Below, piece after piece: positions 1 through 10,131 of a stretch of 32,000 nt of DNA. Position 1 is the first letter of the stretch. Every line of letters starts with the position of its first letter. A program made the translations under genes and the position numbers. The stretch covers positions 62,812 through 94,811 of the forward strand of contig NZ_AOOE01000043.1 of NCBI RefSeq assembly GCF_000406145.1, in the 5' to 3' direction. The stretch comes from Dickeya dadantii NCPPB 898 (GTDB lineage: Bacteria > Pseudomonadota > Gammaproteobacteria > Enterobacterales > Enterobacteriaceae). The notes beneath the pieces were generated by a model. The model had not been told where the DNA came from, ran no database searches, and saw only the letters and a program-made list of their open reading frames with translations.

Positions 1-66
1 AAACAGAACAAACGGCAGAGAGTTGGCAACCGGGATATCTCCGATGTTAACCACTTTATTGTTCAT
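1..66 (-). CDS. kdsA: 2-dehydro-3-deoxyphosphooctonate aldolase (KDO-8-P synthase); 5' end only, the gene runs off the left edge
   Basis: The reverse-strand ATG at 66-64 is followed by MNNKVVNIGDIPVANSLPFVLF. This matches the remembered KdsA N-terminus (E. coli [22 protein letters not shown]...). It lies downstream of sirB1, as in E. coli. Confidence 0.85.
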   Translation of the reverse strand, partial: MNNKVVNIGDIPVANSLPFVLF

Positions 67-122
67 AAACTTACCTTATTGTCGGATAAATCAGATGATC
101 GGGGTTCAGGCGTTTTACCGAA

Positions 123-932
123 CTAGTGCAGCACAATCTGCTTCTGCTCGATAGAGTGAATCTGCACCTTAATCATTTCGCTAACCGGATCTTCCGGGCA
201 TTGTTCCACGAAATAGCTCAGGTCTGACAAGGCGATATGATCGCATTCCAGTTGGGCGTAAATCAGGCCACGGTCACGGATTTCATACGGATCTTCCGGG
301 TCGAACTGCAGCACGGCTTCACTGGCGCGCAGCGCCAGCTCCATCTGTTTCTCTTCCATCAGCGCGACCTTGAGCGTATCCAGCAGCTTGCGGACAATCA
401 TCACGTTTTCCGCTTCATCCAGATCGCTGTCCATCAGCCTGGCGGAAAGACCAATGTTGCCTTTTAGCCACACTTCCAGCACGTGTTCGCTCAGCGTGTC
501 GCCGTTTAGCGGATTAATCAGCCACATTTCATCGTCGAGCCAGTCGGCGCGTAAAATCAGCTGGGTCGGGAAAATTACCGGCATCAGCGGCAACCCCAGC
601 TGATTAGCGATATGCAGGAAGATAATTCCCAACGATACCGGCATCCCCTGTCGGGTAGCCAGCACGTTGTCCAGCCACAGTACGTCGGACAAATGGTAAA
701 CGCCACTGGCGCCGCCAAAGCCCCAGGAATGGAAGAAGAGCTCAATGAGCTGTTCCAGCTGTTGATCCTGATCCAGATCGGCGGAGATGACCGCCCGCGC
801 TTCTTCAACGAGTTGCTGCAGATTTTGTCTCACTTCCTGCGCGGAAAAATCGCGGCGTATTGACTGGGAAACCAGAATCACGCCTTCACTTAAGGGGGAC
901 TGGTTAAATTCAAAATCAGCAATAGAACTCAT
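123..932 (-). CDS. sirB1: SirB1/YchA-family protein (transglutaminase-like/TPR)
   Basis: The ORF track gives 123-968. I prefer the internal ATG at 932 (MSSIADFEFNQ...), which gives 269 aa, the length I recall for E. coli YchA. It sits between prmC and kdsA as in E. coli. Confidence 0.75.
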   Translation of the reverse strand: MSSIADFEFNQSPLSEGVILVSQSIRRDFSAQEVRQNLQQLVEEARAVISADLDQDQQLEQLIELFFHSWGFGGASGVYHLSDVLWLDNVLATRQGMPVSLGIIFLHIANQLGLPLMPVIFPTQLILRADWLDDEMWLINPLNGDTLSEHVLEVWLKGNIGLSARLMDSDLDEAENVMIVRKLLDTLKVALMEEKQMELALRASEAVLQFDPEDPYEIRDRGLIYAQLECDHIALSDLSYFVEQCPEDPVSEMIKVQIHSIEQKQIVLH

Positions 933-1153
933 AGTTATTCCATCAAGCAAAGATAACGTCAGCTGCACGCCTGAAAAAGCAAATTATTCATCAGCCCATG
1001 CACGCCTTGCGGGCGCGGAAGCCAGCGGATCAGATAATAATGCCAAACCTGGCGCTCGTCAGCAGGTCTGTCCAGAACGTCGAGCGATAATCATGGCTAA
1101 TCATTACCAATGTGATCCGGCTCAAGCCCCGGCAACGCAGGTTGAGGCCGCAT

Positions 1154-2005
1154 TCAACGCCCGTAGATTGCCCCGGCGGGCCATTGCCCCAGCGTCACTC
1201 GCTCATTATCGCCATAATCGCGGTAGGTTTTCACTTGCACAAAACCATACTGCGTCAGTAATGACCGTACCGCATCGCCCTGCTGCCAGCCGTGTTCCAG
1301 CAGTAGCCAGCCGCTATCCAGCAAAAATCCCCCCGCTTGCCGGATAATTTGCCGCAAATCAGCCAGCCCAGCCTCTCTCGCCACCAGCGCGCTGGCGGGT
1401 TCGAAACGCACATCGCCTCGCGACAGGTGCGGGTCATGCTCGTCAATGTAGGGAGGATTGCTGACAATCAGAGAGAAACGCTGCCCATTCAGCGGCGAAA
1501 ACCAGTCTCCCGGCAAAAACCGGGCATTGGCGATTCCCAACTGACTGGCGTTATGATTGGCCAGCGCCACCGCGTCGGGCTGACGATCAATCCCCACCAC
1601 CTGACAATCCGGCCGCTCATGCGCAATCGCCAATGCAATCGCTCCGGTGCCGGTGCCCAAATCCAGCACCGATGAGGCACCGGCGGGCAAATGCGCCAGC
1701 GCGTGTTCAACCAAACATTCGGTATCCGGACGCGGGATCAGCGTCGCCGGCGATACGGCCAGCGATAGCGACCAGAACTCCCGATGCCCGACCAGATAGG
1801 CAATCGGCTCGCCGGTGGCGCGGCGCGCCAGCAAGGCTGCAAGCGCCGAGCCCTCGCCATCGGTCAACTCGGTTTCACCAAACGCCAACAGAAACGTGCG
1901 ACCTTTTCCGGTCACATGTTCCAACAGAATCTCGGCGTCTCGCTTCGGGCTGTCGCTGGCCTGCAGTCGGGCTGCCGCCTGTTTCAGCCAGTCCTGATAA
2001 TTCAT
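1154..2005 (-). CDS. prmC: release-factor glutamine N5-methyltransferase
   Basis: 283 aa. There is a strong remembered match to E. coli PrmC ([53 protein letters not shown]). Its start overlaps the prfA stop as ATGA at 2002-2005. Confidence 0.95.
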   Translation of the reverse strand: MNYQDWLKQAAARLQASDSPKRDAEILLEHVTGKGRTFLLAFGETELTDGEGSALAALLARRATGEPIAYLVGHREFWSLSLAVSPATLIPRPDTECLVEHALAHLPAGASSVLDLGTGTGAIALAIAHERPDCQVVGIDRQPDAVALANHNASQLGIANARFLPGDWFSPLNGQRFSLIVSNPPYIDEHDPHLSRGDVRFEPASALVAREAGLADLRQIIRQAGGFLLDSGWLLLEHGWQQGDAVRSLLTQYGFVQVKTYRDYGDNERVTLGQWPAGAIYGR

Positions 2006-3087
2006 TGATCCTGCTCGGCCAGCGCCGCCAGTTGATCCGCCTGATATTCCTGCACGATAGGCTGAATCAGCATATCCAGTTTGCCTTCCATCGCCTCGTC
2101 CAGCCGATAGAGCGTCAGGTTGATACGATGATCGGTCACCCTTCCCTGCGGAAAGTTGTAGGTGCGGATACGGTCGGAGCGGTCGCCGCTGCCCAACAGG
2201 TTACGCCGGGTCGAGGCTTCTTCCTGCTGGCGCTTTTGCATTTCCGCGGCGCGAATGCGGGCAGCCAGCACCGACAATGCTTTGGCTTTGTTCTTGTGCT
2301 GTGAACGCTCATCCTGACACTCGACCACAATGCCGGTCGGCAGGTGGGTGATACGGATAGCGGAATCGGTGGTGTTGACGTGTTGCCCGCCGGCGCCGGA
2401 GGAGCGGAAGGTATCGATTCTCAGATCGGCAGGGTTGATATCCGGCAGTTCCGCTTCCGGTACTTCCGGCATCACCGCGACGGTACAGGCGGAGGTATGG
2501 ATACGCCCCTGCGACTCAGTGGCCGGTACCCGCTGCACCCGGTGGCCGCCGGATTCGAATTTCAACTGGCCGTAGGCGCCGTCGCCCGCTACCTTGGCGA
2601 TCATCTCTTTGTAGCCGCCGTGTTCGCCGTCGCTGGCGCTCATGACTTCAACCTTCCAGCGGCGGGATTCGGCATAACGGCTGTACATACGGAACAGATC
2701 GCCGGCAAACAGCGCGGCTTCGTCACCGCCGGTGCCGGCGCGAATTTCAAGGAAACAACCGCGTTCGTCATCCGGATCCTTCGGTAGCAACAACACCTGT
2801 AATTGCTGTTCCAGTTCTTCGCTGGCCGCTTTAGCCGTTTTCAGTTCGTCCTGCGCCAAATCGCGCATTTCGGGGTCATCCAGCATCAGTTCGGCCGTGG
2901 CGAGATCGTCCTGCGTCTGCTGCCAGCGCTGAAAGCAACGGGTAATGTCGGTAAGTTGCGCGTACTCGCGGGACAACGCCCGGAAACGGTCCATATCGGC
3001 AATCACGCTGGGTTCTCCCAGCAGCGCCTGCACTTCTTCATGGCGCTCTTGTAACGCTTCCAGTTTGGCAACAATAGAAGGCTTCAT
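2002..3087 (-). CDS. prfA: peptide chain release factor 1
   Basis: 361 aa with the GGQ motif ([15 protein letters not shown]) and an RF1-type sequence throughout. It lies in the hemA-prfA-prmC order. Confidence 0.97.
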   Translation of the reverse strand: MKPSIVAKLEALQERHEEVQALLGEPSVIADMDRFRALSREYAQLTDITRCFQRWQQTQDDLATAELMLDDPEMRDLAQDELKTAKAASEELEQQLQVLLLPKDPDDERGCFLEIRAGTGGDEAALFAGDLFRMYSRYAESRRWKVEVMSASDGEHGGYKEMIAKVAGDGAYGQLKFESGGHRVQRVPATESQGRIHTSACTVAVMPEVPEAELPDINPADLRIDTFRSSGAGGQHVNTTDSAIRITHLPTGIVVECQDERSQHKNKAKALSVLAARIRAAEMQKRQQEEASTRRNLLGSGDRSDRIRTYNFPQGRVTDHRINLTLYRLDEAMEGKLDMLIQPIVQEYQADQLAALAEQDQ

Positions 3088-3134
3088 GCGGGCAGTTCAA
3101 TCCTGTGTTGAATCATTATGGGGGAAGAAGAATG

Positions 3135-4391
3135 CTAGTTCAGACCGAGGCTGTCACGCAAAATCTGCAAACGCTCCAGATCGCCGTCGCGGGCGGCCTG
3201 TTGCAATGACCGGGTGGGAGCATGAATCAGGCGATTGGTCAGCCGGTGCGCCAGTTCCTGCACGATGGCATCCACATCGCCGCCGTTCTGTATCGCCGCC
3301 AGCGCTTTGGCGGTCATATCATCACGCAGGCGATCGGCCTGAGAACGATAGTCGCGGATGGTGTCCACCGCCGCCTGCGCACGCAGCCAGGCCATGAACT
3401 CCGAACACTCCTGCTGCACGATGGACTCAGCCTGAATGGCCGCCGCCTTACGCTGCGCCAGATTGTGCTGAATGATCGCCTGCAGATCATCGACGCTATA
3501 CAGATAAATGTTCGGCAATCGCCCGACTTCAGGCTCGATGTCGCGCGGTACGGCGATGTCCACCATCAGCATCGGCTGATTACGGCGGGTTTTCATCGTA
3601 CGCTCCATCATCCCTTTACCGATGATGGGCAACGTACTGGCGGTAGAACTGATGACGATGTCCGCCTGCGGCAAATAAGCACCCAGTTCCGCCAGCGTAA
3701 TCACATCGGCGCCCACTTCTTCGGCCAGCAACTGAGCACGCTCGCGCGTCCGGTTGGCAATCACCATCCGCTTCACGCGATGCTCGCGCAAATGACGGGA
3801 CACCAGTTCGATGGTTTCGCCTGCGCCCACCAGCAGGACATTGACGTCGGCCAAAGATTCGAAGATCTGCCGCGCCAGCGTACAGGCGGCAAACGCCACC
3901 GACACCGCGCTGGCGCCGATATCGGTTTCGGTGCGTACCCGTTTGGCGACGGTAAACGACTTCTGGAACATGCGCTCCAGTTCGCCTGACAATGAACGTT
4001 CGCGCTGAGAATCGGCGAAGGCTTTCTTGACCTGCCCCAGAATCTGCGGTTCGCCCAGCACCAGCGAATCCAGTCCGCTGGCGACGCGCATCAGATGGCT
4101 GACGGCAGCATTGCCTTCGTGCCAGTAGAGATTTTTACGGATTTCATCAGGACTGAGCCGGTGATAATCACACAACCAGGCGATCAACTGTTCGCGCCGG
4201 TTTTCCTGCTCTTCCACGCTGAGATAAAGTTCGGTGCGATTGCAGGTGGAAAGCAACACCCCGCCCTGAACCAGCGGTTGCTGTAACAGACTGTGCAGCG
4301 CCTGCCCCTGTCTGTCCGGAGAGAACGCTACACGTTCCCGCAGAGAGACTGGTGCTGTTTTATGATTGATGCCAAGCGCAAGCAGGGTCAT
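3135..4391 (-). CDS. hemA: glutamyl-tRNA reductase
   Basis: 418 aa. The N-terminus [21 protein letters not shown] and the STCNRTE active-site cysteine motif are present. It is divergent from lolB as in E. coli. Confidence 0.96.
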   Translation of the reverse strand: MTLLALGINHKTAPVSLRERVAFSPDRQGQALHSLLQQPLVQGGVLLSTCNRTELYLSVEEQENRREQLIAWLCDYHRLSPDEIRKNLYWHEGNAAVSHLMRVASGLDSLVLGEPQILGQVKKAFADSQRERSLSGELERMFQKSFTVAKRVRTETDIGASAVSVAFAACTLARQIFESLADVNVLLVGAGETIELVSRHLREHRVKRMVIANRTRERAQLLAEEVGADVITLAELGAYLPQADIVISSTASTLPIIGKGMMERTMKTRRNQPMLMVDIAVPRDIEPEVGRLPNIYLYSVDDLQAIIQHNLAQRKAAAIQAESIVQQECSEFMAWLRAQAAVDTIRDYRSQADRLRDDMTAKALAAIQNGGDVDAIVQELAHRLTNRLIHAPTRSLQQAARDGDLERLQILRDSLGLN

Positions 4392-4600
4392 GGTCTACAG
4401 AGTAATCCCGATGTTAGTATGGGTTTCATCTGAGTGGCATTCTACTTGAAGCCTGCGGGCAAGAAAAGTGACCCTGGGCGACTACATTCACGTTGTTCCA
4501 CCGCGCCGGGCAGCATCACAGGCATTGACGCTGCCAGTCAACCCCGCTAGCGTGACGCCTTGTTGTGAACCCATGATGCTTGTAACAGGACCTTTTCGAC

Positions 4601-5221
4601 ATGCCCAATAATCCCGTTCGCGCCTTACGGTTACTGCCTTTGGCGAGTGTGTTACTGACAGCCTGTACCCTGACGCAGCCCACCTTGCCGGGTAAAAAAC
4701 CGACCTCTCCCGAGTGGCGCGAACATGAGCAAAAAGTACAAAATCTGACCCAGTATCAGACCCGCGGCTCCTTCGCCTATATTTCCGATAGGAAAAAGCT
4801 GTACGCCCGTTTCTTCTGGCAACAGCCTTCTCCACAGCGTTACCGTCTGTTGCTCAGCAATCCGCTAGGGGGCACAGAACTGGAGCTACAAGTCAGCCCG
4901 GACCTGGTGCAGATTACCGACAATCAAGGTAAGCGCTACATGGGTAAAGACGCGCAGCACATGGTTCAGCAGCTCACCGGCATGGCGATTCCGCTCGATA
5001 ATTTGCGCCAGTGGATGCTCGGTCTGCCGGGCGACGCGCAGGATTTCGCTCTGGATGAACGCGCTCTGCTGCGCAGCGTGAACTATCAGCAGGGCGACCA
5101 GCACTGGAACGTGTCCTACCTGTCCTATACTGACGGTCCACTGCCGTTGCCGCAGAATCTGGAACTGACCCAGGGCGAGCAACGCATCAAACTGAAAATG
5201 GACAACTGGACGACGCAATAG
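4601..5221 (+). CDS. lolB: outer-membrane lipoprotein LolB
   Basis: 206 aa with a lipobox LLTAC near the N-terminus. Conserved LolB stretches are present (YQTRG.FAYIS, YARFFWQQ, RYRLLL.NPLG, QRIKLKMDNW). Confidence 0.93.
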   Translation: MPNNPVRALRLLPLASVLLTACTLTQPTLPGKKPTSPEWREHEQKVQNLTQYQTRGSFAYISDRKKLYARFFWQQPSPQRYRLLLSNPLGGTELELQVSPDLVQITDNQGKRYMGKDAQHMVQQLTGMAIPLDNLRQWMLGLPGDAQDFALDERALLRSVNYQQGDQHWNVSYLSYTDGPLPLPQNLELTQGEQRIKLKMDNWTTQ

Positions 5222-5224
5222 CTC

Positions 5225-6097
5225 ATGGCGACCGCATGCAACCGCTGGCCTTCCCCGGCCAAACTGAATCTGTTTTTATACATCACTGGTCGTCGCCCGG
5301 ACGGTTACCATAATCTGCAGACGCTGTTTCAGTTTCTGGATTACGGCGACACCCTGGCCATTACGCCACGGCAGGATCAGCAAATCGTCTTACTGACACC
5401 GCTGCCCGGCGTTCCCGATGAACAGAATCTGGCCGTTCGCGCCGCCCGCCAGTTGCAGGACCATTGTCGACAGGCCGGATTGCCGTTTGCCGGCGCCGAT
5501 ATCGCCGTCGACAAACGTCTGCCGATGGGCGGCGGCCTGGGCGGTGGTTCGTCTAACGCCGCCACGGTACTGGTGGCGCTGAATCAGCTGTGGGGCAGCC
5601 GGATACCGGTCGACACATTGGCCGCACTGGGCCTGAAGCTGGGGGCGGATGTGCCGGTATTCGTGCATGGGCACGCCGCGTTCGCCGAAGGCGTGGGAGA
5701 ACGGTTAACACCCGCGTCGCCGCCGGAAAAATGGTATCTGGTGGTGCACCCCGGCGTCAGCATTCCCACCCCGCTCATCTTTGCCGATCCGGATTTGACG
5801 CGAGATACGCCGGTACGCCCGCTGTCACAATTACTGACACAAACTTTCAGCAACGATTGTGAAGCTGTCGCAAGAAAACGTTTTCGTGAGGTTGAAGAGC
5901 GACTTTTATGGCTGTTAGAATACGCACCGTCGCGCCTGACCGGCACCGGCGCTTGCGTGTTTGCCGAATTCGACACCGAGTCCGCCGCTCGTCAGGTGCT
6001 AAACCGGGCCCCGGAAGGATTGCATGGTTTTGTTGCGCGTGGTGTTAACGTTTCCCCGCTGCAGCGGCGGCTTTCCGGGCAATTCAAGGATTGCTAA
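5225..6097 (+). CDS. ispE: 4-diphosphocytidyl-2-C-methyl-D-erythritol kinase
   Basis: 290 aa. It carries [32 protein letters not shown] and the GHMP kinase motif [14 protein letters not shown]. It starts 3 nt after the lolB stop. Confidence 0.95.
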   Translation: MATACNRWPSPAKLNLFLYITGRRPDGYHNLQTLFQFLDYGDTLAITPRQDQQIVLLTPLPGVPDEQNLAVRAARQLQDHCRQAGLPFAGADIAVDKRLPMGGGLGGGSSNAATVLVALNQLWGSRIPVDTLAALGLKLGADVPVFVHGHAAFAEGVGERLTPASPPEKWYLVVHPGVSIPTPLIFADPDLTRDTPVRPLSQLLTQTFSNDCEAVARKRFREVEERLLWLLEYAPSRLTGTGACVFAEFDTESAARQVLNRAPEGLHGFVARGVNVSPLQRRLSGQFKDC

Positions 6098-7174
<1,077 letters not shown>

Positions 7175-7198
7175 TCGATATTTCGGCTGCAATGACTA

Positions 7199-7233
7199 CG
7201 CCACCGGATAATGATTATCCGGTGGCGTTTTTA
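7199..7233 (+). terminator. rho-independent terminator of prs
   Basis: Stem cgccaccggataa / ttatccggtggcg with a 3-nt loop, followed by tttttatt, about 25 nt after the prs stop. Confidence 0.8.
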
Positions 7234-7286
7234 TTAGAGATGAAGAACATTTCCGTATTTTTACTGAAATACTCAATCGTTCAACA

Positions 7287-7498
7287 GGATCCTTAATATA
7301 CCCGTCATACTTCAAGTTGCAGGTGTGTTGGCTACGTTACTCGGCCCCTCCTTGGGCCTCGCCCTTTCAGGGCCGCAGCAAGCTGCGTTCAAATCTGCTC
7401 CCGGCAGATTTGTCGTTCACCCGAATAACTTGTCTGAATAAGCTCATCGAGATTCACTCACTTGCCGCCTTCCTGCAACTCGAATTATTTGGGGTATA
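7287..7498 (-). repeat. ERIC (enterobacterial repetitive intergenic consensus / IRU) element, long form with an internal insertion
   Basis: The termini tatacccgtcatacttcaagttgcagg ... cctgcaactcgaattatttggggtata match the ERIC ends. On the reverse strand the core gtgaatctcgatgagcttattcagacaagttattcgggtgaacg resembles the ERIC central inverted repeat (GTGAATCCCCAGGAGCTTACATAAGTAAGTGACTGGGGTGAGCG). About 75 extra bp lie inside, at roughly 7338-7412. Confidence 0.8.
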
Positions 7499-7513
7499 GA
7501 CCGGAATGATCGG

Positions 7514-8299
7514 TTATAGAGCGACTTTGCGCTGAGTCCTGGCTTGTAACGCTTTAACCACAGCCTCCCCAAGCGCCGTTGCAGAAGCTGGGTTTTGTCC
7601 GGTAATTAAACGCCCATCAACAACAACGTTGTTCTCAAATATTGGTGCTTCTTCAAACTTTGCCCCGCCTTTCTTCAAAGCACCTTCCAGTTCAAATGGC
7701 ACGATCTTGTCATACTGCCGGGAAACCTCTTCCGCTGCTGTAAATCCTGTGAGGCGACGACCTTTGATTAAGCTTTCACCGTTGCTGAGTTTCACATTTA
7801 TGAGCCCTGCCGGGCCATGGCAAACGGCACTAATAACATCCTTGTTTTCGTACATAGTTCGCACAATATTATTGAGTTCAGTATTATTTACAAAATCCCA
7901 CATCGGACCATGACCACCGACGAGCAGAATCGCAGAATATTTTGATGGGTCAACATCCGATAATTTAATCGTTTGACCAAGCTTGTTTCGGTGTTGGGGG
8001 TTGGTCCAAAAATCCAGGCTAGCCTGATCTTTCAAGTCGAAACCATCGAAAGGAGCCAAGCCACCTTTGGGACTTGCAATGTCAAAGTCAAAACCCGCTT
8101 TATCAAAGACCTTTACTGGATGAGTCAATTCTGGAAACCAAAATCCCCCAACGAGATTTTCTGTTTTCTTATCCAGACTGGAGACGACAATTAATATCTT
8201 TTCCTGTTGTTGAGTTTCCTGGGCAGCCCCCGCAATAACAGATGCCGAGAATACGGTAATGGCGATGATGAGACGCACAAAATACGTTGCAAGTGACAT
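7514..8299 (-). CDS. DJ-1/PfpI (Hsp31-like, type 1 glutamine amidotransferase-like fold) family protein with an N-terminal Sec signal peptide
   Basis: The ORF track gives 7514-8347. I prefer the ATG at 8299, which is preceded by aaggaaatcat (a Shine-Dalgarno (SD) ribosome-binding site). The N-terminus MSLATYFVRLIIAITVFSASVIAGAAQE looks like a signal peptide with an AGA/AQ cleavage site. The nucleophile elbow AVCHGPAGL and the overall pattern are typical of the DJ-1/Hsp31 class. The coding sequence is AT-rich. Confidence 0.75.
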   Translation of the reverse strand: MSLATYFVRLIIAITVFSASVIAGAAQETQQQEKILIVVSSLDKKTENLVGGFWFPELTHPVKVFDKAGFDFDIASPKGGLAPFDGFDLKDQASLDFWTNPQHRNKLGQTIKLSDVDPSKYSAILLVGGHGPMWDFVNNTELNNIVRTMYENKDVISAVCHGPAGLINVKLSNGESLIKGRRLTGFTAAEEVSRQYDKIVPFELEGALKKGGAKFEEAPIFENNVVVDGRLITGQNPASATALGEAVVKALQARTQRKVAL

Positions 8300-8478
8300 A
8301 TGATTTCCTTCGGATTGTTGGTGTGTCCTCACTGTATCTGAGTTCAAAACCCAGAGGTAGACGGCTAAAACGGAACAGATTGTTTAAAAAAACATGCCAA
8401 TAGCCTTGTATTAAGGTGAATTATTACCACAGAATATAAATACGCGAACGAGATGAAAATAATACGAGAGGATTCGAG

Positions 8479-9381
8479 ATGAGCCAAAACAATGATTTTG
8501 ATGGGTTGCCGGAATTTCTGGCTATCTCGAAAAGGCTTAGTATTCGGAAAGCGGCTATCGATCTTGGCAAAACACCAGGTTCAGTCAGTCAAGCGTTGCA
8601 GAAATTGGAGAATCGCCTTGGCATGCTCCTTTTTCATAGGACAACGCGTAAAATGGCATTGACAGAGGCCGGAAAGAACCTGCTCTTGAAGATAGAGCCC
8701 GCTGCGCGTGCAATTTCAGTAAGTCTCGAAGACGCGGTTCAGTCGTCAAAGGCTCCGGCTGGGACATTGAGGTTAATCGTAGAGCGTCTGGCCTTACCGC
8801 ATGTTATTGAACCTTTATTACCCGCATTCCGCCAGGAATGGCCAAATGTAAACCTGGATATTACTGTCAGTAATCGCCACAACAATTTTATTTCTGAGGG
8901 TTATGATGCGGGTATCTTGATCGGTTCATACATTGAGCAGGATATGATTGCGATACGACTTTCCAGGCCTTTTCAATGGGCGGTTTTTGGGGCTCCAGCC
9001 TATTTCAAACTACATGGGAAACCTAAAGTCACCAATGATCTTGTTCATCATGAATGTATTCGGTTTCGTCGCCCGGAAAAAGGCGATATTTATCGTTGGG
9101 AATTTATTGAGAACAATGAAACAGTACGTATTGACCCGACAGGAGCCATTACGGTCAATGATGGTGAACTTATGCGTAACCTTGCTGTTAAAGGGGTCGG
9201 CCTCATCTACTCGTCTACATTCCACACTTCGCGCGAACTGGCAACGGGAAGCCTGGAGCCCGCACTGCTTGACTGTTCCCCAGGAAATGATGGTCTTTTT
9301 CTCTATTTTTCGAAAGCAGGCAGAAATCAACCCAAGTTGCGCGCGTTTATTGAGACATGTTCCCGTATAATGAATGTTTAA
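8479..9381 (+). CDS. LysR-family transcriptional regulator
   Basis: 300 aa with an N-terminal wHTH (LSIRKAAIDLGKTPGSVSQALQKLENRLGMLLFHRTTRKMALTEAG) and a LysR substrate-binding-type C-terminus. It is divergent from the DJ-1 gene, and an SD gagagga lies 6 nt upstream. Confidence 0.85.
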   Translation: MSQNNDFDGLPEFLAISKRLSIRKAAIDLGKTPGSVSQALQKLENRLGMLLFHRTTRKMALTEAGKNLLLKIEPAARAISVSLEDAVQSSKAPAGTLRLIVERLALPHVIEPLLPAFRQEWPNVNLDITVSNRHNNFISEGYDAGILIGSYIEQDMIAIRLSRPFQWAVFGAPAYFKLHGKPKVTNDLVHHECIRFRRPEKGDIYRWEFIENNETVRIDPTGAITVNDGELMRNLAVKGVGLIYSSTFHTSRELATGSLEPALLDCSPGNDGLFLYFSKAGRNQPKLRAFIETCSRIMNV

Positions 9382-9405
9382 AATTTATAATATATTTTAT
9401 GTTTA

Positions 9406-9527
9406 AAATAATTCAAATTGCAGGACAAGGCTCATTTTAGCCTTGTAATACGGTCCCAAAGCAGCGAAACACAGGGGGACCGAGTAGCAAAGCCAGAGCA
9501 CCTGCAACTTGAAGTATTATGGGTATA
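9406..9527 (+). repeat. ERIC-like element with a divergent core, in opposite orientation to the copy at 7287-7498
   Basis: The ends aaaataattcaaattgcagga ... gcacctgcaacttgaagtattatgggtata match the two ERIC termini. The interior is replaced by two small hairpins (caaggct/agccttg and cggtccc/ggggaccg). Confidence 0.6.
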
Positions 9528-9609
9528 AACATGTCGACGGATAAAGCGACACTGCCGCCATCCGGTTTCCACCAGTTGGCGCTTATTGGATATAGCCGTT
9601 ACTTGTTAA

Positions 9610-9879
9610 TCAGGGATGCCGTTCGCGACGACAGCGTTTATCAAAGTGCTTCAGCCACCAATAACGATCCGTCACATTTTCCCGTCCACTAATACGCGCG
9701 CCCGCCAGCCACAAAATAGCGCCGGCAAAAATAGCCAGTAACTCCACGTAATAGAGCGAACCCGGCAAATTCAATTCAGGCAGCTGATTAGCTATCGAAT
9801 AAGCTATTCCGGCAATCATAAGCAACATACCTAATCCCATAAATACGTTGCCCATCATCACAGCATTTCTACGTTTCAT
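9610..9879 (-). CDS. ychH: small inner-membrane stress-induced protein YchH
   Basis: 89 aa. MKRRNAVMMGNVFMGLG...GAILWLAGAR...DRYWW..H.DKRCRR matches the remembered E. coli YchH. A strong SD (ggagg) is present, and the gene lies next to pth as in E. coli. Confidence 0.88.
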   Translation of the reverse strand: MKRRNAVMMGNVFMGLGMLLMIAGIAYSIANQLPELNLPGSLYYVELLAIFAGAILWLAGARISGRENVTDRYWWLKHFDKRCRRERHP

Positions 9880-10080
9880 ATTTCACCTCCAGAAATATCC
9901 AGTGGAAATAACCAAAATATTGCTGCGTGTCTTTCTGATTTATTCACAGTATAAGCAGCACTTCACTATGGGGTTGCGTGAAGGATCACATGTTGGTGAT
10001 CAAGTGCCCCTGCGTTACACTAACGGTTTTACCAATTATCCTGATACGTCGTGACCTTAGGCTCCCCTAAAAACGTATCA

Positions 10081-10131
10081 TGTGAGTCGTATCAAATTAT
10101 GAGTGGTATCAAACTGTGAGTGGTATCAAAT
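10081..10131 (+). repeat. three tandem 17-bp repeats spanning the pth start codon
   Basis: The units are tgtgagtcgtatcaaat (10081-10097), tatgagtggtatcaaac (10098-10114) and tgtgagtggtatcaaat (10115-10131). A partial cgtatca lies at 10074-10080. Confidence 0.9.

Noticed and set aside
787-1347. 186-aa plus-strand ORF spanning the sirB1 5' end, the spacer and the prmC 3' end.
   Set aside because: It is antisense to two conserved genes, its sequence is low-complexity, and nothing recognisable is encoded. It is a chance open frame.
4488-4835. 115-aa minus-strand ORF in the hemA-lolB divergent region.
   Set aside because: It overlaps the lolB 5' end in antisense, is Arg-rich and implausible in sequence, and the region is the conserved divergent promoter interval.
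7317-7499. 60-aa ORF within the prs-downstream intergenic region.
   Set aside because: It lies entirely within the ERIC repeat, so it is repeat-derived open frame and not a gene.
9848-10054. 68-aa plus-strand ORF between ychH and pth, and a possible CRP site around 9978-9995 (cgtgaaggatcacatg).
   Set aside because: The ORF starts antisense within ychH and has no RBS. The CRP-like sequence does not fit TGTGA-N6-TCACA when the spacing is counted.
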